The position numbers and the translations under genes were made by a program. Positions 60,369-64,000 of a stretch of 64,000 nucleotides of DNA are shown in pieces; within the stretch, counting starts at the first letter, position 1, and each line of letters opens with the position of its first letter. This stretch comes from Chloroflexota bacterium. Lineage in GTDB: Bacteria; Chloroflexota; Anaerolineae; JAAYEA01. Where the stretch lies: contig JAIOAV010000004.1 in assembly GCA_019873665.1 (NCBI GenBank), positions 6,580 to 70,579 on the forward strand, read 5' to 3'. The notes under the pieces are model-generated. The model did no database searches, was not told the DNA's origin, and saw only the letters and a program-made list of their open reading frames with translations.

Positions 60369-63300
60369 CTACGGGCCGCTGCGCCGGATGCCCACATCCA
60401 CCCTAACAAAGACCAATCCGCCCGCCGGATACGAAGGAAGGAGCGCATAACCCAGGGCCGGGCTATAGCCGCCCTTGCTGGCCAGCACGTCCACCCGCCA
60501 GCCGGAGATGTCCCCCACTACCTCAAAGCGCACGCTGTACGCTCCCGCCGCATCGCTGGCCCCCGCCGACTGACGCCCCATGAGATAGGCGATGACGTCT
60601 GCCCCGCCGATACCTGCGTCCGGACCGCTATCCGCGTCGTAGATCGTGCCATGCACGTAGACCACGGTGGAAGCGATGGCTGTCGCCGTAGGCGTCGGGG
60701 TTGCGACAAGCGGCGAAAGGGGCAGATCCAACACGAGTTCGCTTACGCCTCCGGGCGCATCCGCGCCGAGCGCGCCCTGATTCCAGCCGTTCTGGTAGCC
60801 CTCGCGCTCGCCCATCACGTTCACCTGCGCGCCGGGCACGTAGAGCGGCACGGCGAACTCGATCCGATACTCGCCCGCAGCGCTGCTACGTGCTTCTCCG
60901 GTCAGATTCAGCGCGGGGACAGAGGCCACGACGTGCACGTCCGCCAGCGGCCCGTCTATCCTGCGCACGGCATCATACGCTTTGCCGCGGATAATGATGG
61001 TGATGCGCGCTTCCGGCGCTGGCGTGGCGGTCGCTGGCTCTGGCGTCAGGCTGCGCGAGGTGTCGTAATCGCGCAGAATCAGGGGCAGAGTCACCACCCG
61101 CACCCCTGCCGGCTGGCTGGTAGGCGTTGCGGTGGTGGTCGGCGTCGCACCCGGTCGCACTGTGGGTGTGACCGTTGGCGAGACGGGCGTGTTGGGCGAG
61201 ACGGCATAGGCGGGGCTAACCGACTCGTTGCCCGCGCGGTCGCGCACGCGGAAACGGATGTAGCCCGCGTTGCCCACGCTGCCACGTATCATGGTGGCGA
61301 TCGTCGTGCCCGGTGGCGCCGAGATCGTGGCGGGCTGCCAGGCGGACCAACTCTGCTGATCTGCCGAGGTGGCATACGTACCGCTGTTCACATCGAGCCC
61401 GGAGAGCACGTCACTCACCAGCGCGTACCCATCGCCACCACCGCCCAGCCAGACCGGCGGCGTCATATCCAGCACCGTCGTCGCTGTATAAACCGGCGAC
61501 CGGTTTCCGGCGTCATCAACGTAGCACACCTGTATCTCATGCTGGCCTTCCGCCGCGCTCAACTGATGCGTCAGTGTCGGGGCAAAGGGCTGAGGCGCGG
61601 TGAAGACATGGACGCGATCCAGATAGAGATCAGCGACGTTCATGAAGCGTGCGCGAAACTCCAGGCCATCATCCACTGCGGGATCGGCACAGGTGTTTCC
61701 CTGACTGGCATACGTGAAATCGAGTGGGATCTCGACATAGCGATTCGCCGCCTCGAAATCCTGTGCAGTGAGCGAGCGCGTGAGCAAGACATGGCGGCCC
61801 TCATCATCCACCACATCGAGTCGCGCGATCTCGCTCGTCCCCGAGCTGGCAGCGGTCTTGAGTCGGAAGTACACCTGATAGCTCTGCCCCAGCGGCAGGC
61901 CGCAGTAGTAAGGACCGTACCAGAGCCCCGGTTGGTCGCTCCCCGCCCGGCCATACCATGCTTTCCCGTTGAGCGCCGCGGCGTCCGCCACCTCGCGCCC
62001 GGTATTGATCTGATGATAAAGCGCCTCGCCCTCCCAAAGCCACCCCGCGCTCCATTGCACATACGACGCGCCGGTGGCATCCAGCGCCAGCGTCACATCG
62101 CGCGCGTTGACGAACGGAGCCAGCGAGACGCCGCCCGACGGCGGCGTATTATCCACGCGCACCTGCACTGTCTGCTCATGGCTCCGACCAGCGGCGGTCG
62201 TAGCCGAGATGCGAAGTTGGTGGACGCCATCGGCCGATGCGGCGGTATCCCAGCGCCAACTCAGAGCAGTGGTCGCGCTGCTGGCCTGCTGCACGTCGTC
62301 CAACCAGAGACGGAGCGATGTGACCGCCGGGCTGCCCCGCGCCGACACCGTCAGCGGGCCCCGCAAGAGCGCGCCATTCACTGGCTGCATGATCTGCGCG
62401 TTCGGCGTAAGCTGCTGCATGCGACTCATGACCTGGGCGCGGATACTCGGTAGCAGGGCGTAGAAGCCATCCCCTGGACAGGTAGTGCTCGACGAGGTGT
62501 CGCGGTGCCCCATGATGTTGGGCAGCACCTTGTCAATGAAGAAGCCGCTCTGTTGCGGATGAATGAAGTGCAAGTTACCTTTGGCTGCGAGCAGCTCCCT
62601 CAGCGCAGCAACAGCCGCTGCAGAGGGCGCAGAGCTGGTGTAGTCGCCCAACACGGCGACGCCAATGCTGCCCCAGTTATACGACCGCGCATGGCCGCCG
62701 ACCACGCCCTCGCCGCCGTAGCGCCCCTCGTAGATGTTGCCACGGTCGTCTATGAGATAGTTGTAACCGATGTCTCCCCAACCGTTGGTGACCGCGTGAT
62801 AGTAATAGATGGCCCGCACCACCGCGGCAGGGTCGGTCCCTCCGCTGGAAGTAACGGTATGATGGATGATGAAGGTCTTGGGCGCGCGATATTCCGGATC
62901 CCATGTCATCCAGTCAGGCCGCGCGCCCCATTCCGCCCGCGAGATGATGACCGGCCCCTCTGCAGGGGCGGGGCTACGCGAGAGCGCCTGCAGCCGCGCC
63001 TCCGCTGCGCTGGGGCCGCCCACCGCGTCAATATAGGTGATGGTGAGCGAATGCAGCAGCGGCTCTTGCATCAGATCCGCGCGCTGCAGGGCCATGCGAT
63101 ATTGGATGTAGCGCCCAGCGACAAAGATGAGTTCGCCGTATGGCGGCCCCGCGTCGCGTTCGGCGTCGAGAGGTTCGACGGTCTGCCAGTCGGACCACGT
63201 TTGACCATCCTCGCTGGCGCGCAAAGCCAGCGATAGGCTCGTACCAGCAGGTAGATCCGCCAGCCAGTTGGAACCTAGTGCCATGAAACGCTGTGCCGCG

Positions 63301-64000
63301 GCAAAGGGCGGAGAGGTATACGCGCCATCCTGCGCGGCGGGCGCCAGCGCCAAAGCCCCATTTCCCACGCTCTTGACGACCATGTTATCCAACACGCCGT
63401 CTGCCCAGTCCTGGATCGTCGTCTGCGCCCACTGCCCCGCGCGCGTTTCGCCAGGCTGTGCCGTCGGCGTCGGCGTCGGAGTCGGCGCGTCGCGGGGCGC
63501 TTCCATCACCTTCAGCAACGCCGTCCCGCCCACGGCCGGCCACTGCGCCGTGTGGCCAAAGCCATCATCAAAGGAGAAGCGAAAGGCATGATCGCCCGCC
63601 GCCAACGTGGTCTCAAAGGCATATTGCGCGCCCGTGCGGAAATCGCCGCTGCGACGCATCATGGCATACGCCAGCCCATCTATGATCACCACCGCCTCGG
63701 CAGGGGGATCGCCATCCGCGTCGCGGTAGGTTACCGCGAAGGTGAAAAGGGTGTAGGTGTTGCCGCTGGCCGGCGATACTTGCCCAGCCTCGAGCTGTGG
63801 TGGCGCGGACGCGATCACCTGAATGCCGGTGTAATAGTGCTGGAGGATCTCCTGGTAGCCCTTGCCCCGTTCTGCCAGGACGCGCGCCCCATGCTGGCAC
63901 ATGCCGACGCCATGCCCCAGCTTTTCGGCAAAGCCGCAGGGGCATGCCACGCTGCGGCAGTACGGCAAATAAGCCGTCCAGACATCCTCAACGTTGCGCG
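60369..64000 (-). CDS. Large multidomain peptidoglycan hydrolase: SpoIID-like domain (partial) + Amidase_2 + Ig-like/beta domains; 5' end outside the window
   Basis: Frame open to the edge (RNVEDVWTAYLPYC); GHGVGMCQHGA...YQEILQHYY; IISRAEWGA, IIHHT, GWGDIGYNYLI, GHRD..TTCPG. Confidence 0.85.
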   Translation of the reverse strand, partial: RNVEDVWTAYLPYCRSVACPCGFAEKLGHGVGMCQHGARVLAERGKGYQEILQHYYTGIQVIASAPPQLEAGQVSPASGNTYTLFTFAVTYRDADGDPPAEAVVIIDGLAYAMMRRSGDFRTGAQYAFETTLAAGDHAFRFSFDDGFGHTAQWPAVGGTALLKVMEAPRDAPTPTPTPTAQPGETRAGQWAQTTIQDWADGVLDNMVVKSVGNGALALAPAAQDGAYTSPPFAAAQRFMALGSNWLADLPAGTSLSLALRASEDGQTWSDWQTVEPLDAERDAGPPYGELIFVAGRYIQYRMALQRADLMQEPLLHSLTITYIDAVGGPSAAEARLQALSRSPAPAEGPVIISRAEWGARPDWMTWDPEYRAPKTFIIHHTVTSSGGTDPAAVVRAIYYYHAVTNGWGDIGYNYLIDDRGNIYEGRYGGEGVVGGHARSYNWGSIGVAVLGDYTSSAPSAAAVAALRELLAAKGNLHFIHPQQSGFFIDKVLPNIMGHRDTSSSTTCPGDGFYALLPSIRAQVMSRMQQLTPNAQIMQPVNGALLRGPLTVSARGSPAVTSLRLWLDDVQQASSATTALSWRWDTAASADGVHQLRISATTAAGRSHEQTVQVRVDNTPPSGGVSLAPFVNARDVTLALDATGASYVQWSAGWLWEGEALYHQINTGREVADAAALNGKAWYGRAGSDQPGLWYGPYYCGLPLGQSYQVYFRLKTAASSGTSEIARLDVVDDEGRHVLLTRSLTAQDFEAANRYVEIPLDFTYASQGNTCADPAVDDGLEFRARFMNVADLYLDRVHVFTAPQPFAPTLTHQLSAAEGQHEIQVCYVDDAGNRSPVYTATTVLDMTPPVWLGGGGDGYALVSDVLSGLDVNSGTYATSADQQSWSAWQPATISAPPGTTIATMIRGSVGNAGYIRFRVRDRAGNESVSPAYAVSPNTPVSPTVTPTVRPGATPTTTATPTSQPAGVRVVTLPLILRDYDTSRSLTPEPATATPAPEARITIIIRGKAYDAVRRIDGPLADVHVVASVPALNLTGEARSSAAGEYRIEFAVPLYVPGAQVNVMGEREGYQNGWNQGALGADAPGGVSELVLDLPLSPLVATPTPTATAIASTVVYVHGTIYDADSGPDAGIGGADVIAYLMGRQSAGASDAAGAYSVRFEVVGDISGWRVDVLASKGGYSPALGYALLPSYPAGGLVFVRVDVGIRRSGP

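Noticed and set aside
57925-62453. Long plus-strand ORFs (57925-59415, 60651-62453) and similar antisense ORFs across the window
   Set aside because: They are antisense shadows of well-supported genes in GC-rich DNA and carry no motifs.

Overview
GC-rich bacterial chromosomal segment, most likely Chloroflexota (Anaerolineae-like). This is inferred from Pro/Thr-stalked secreted proteins, a Tat lipoprotein and an LPLILR motif; no phylogeny was run. No rRNA, tRNA, CRISPR array or mobile element was seen. Left to right: a receiver-domain cluster; a URO-D-like protein; rnj; pfkA; a complete N-ATPase-type operon (atpD-C-R-like-B-E-F-A-G). Divergent from that operon is a nickel cluster: larC(N-half with His tail)-tsaA-like-hypB-hypA-larE-larB-larC(degenerate N-half plus C-half), with no larA or hydrogenase in the window. 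Then two SPFH genes around mnmA; a 10-gene putative amino-sugar/glycoside catabolic operon; an ABC exporter; purH-purA and assorted enzymes, including an iodotyrosine-deiodinase-like flavoprotein; coaD; an ECF sigma with a ZAS-FecR-DNRLRE anti-sigma; a second amino-sugar uptake/catabolic cluster; and a partial SpoIID plus amidase fusion. The best candidate for an undescribed system is the HypAB/TsaA-coupled nickel-pincer (NPN) cofactor operon, with two complementary LarC paralogs and a LarB lacking its MEGAL motif. All product calls come from reading motifs by eye; no database searches were run.
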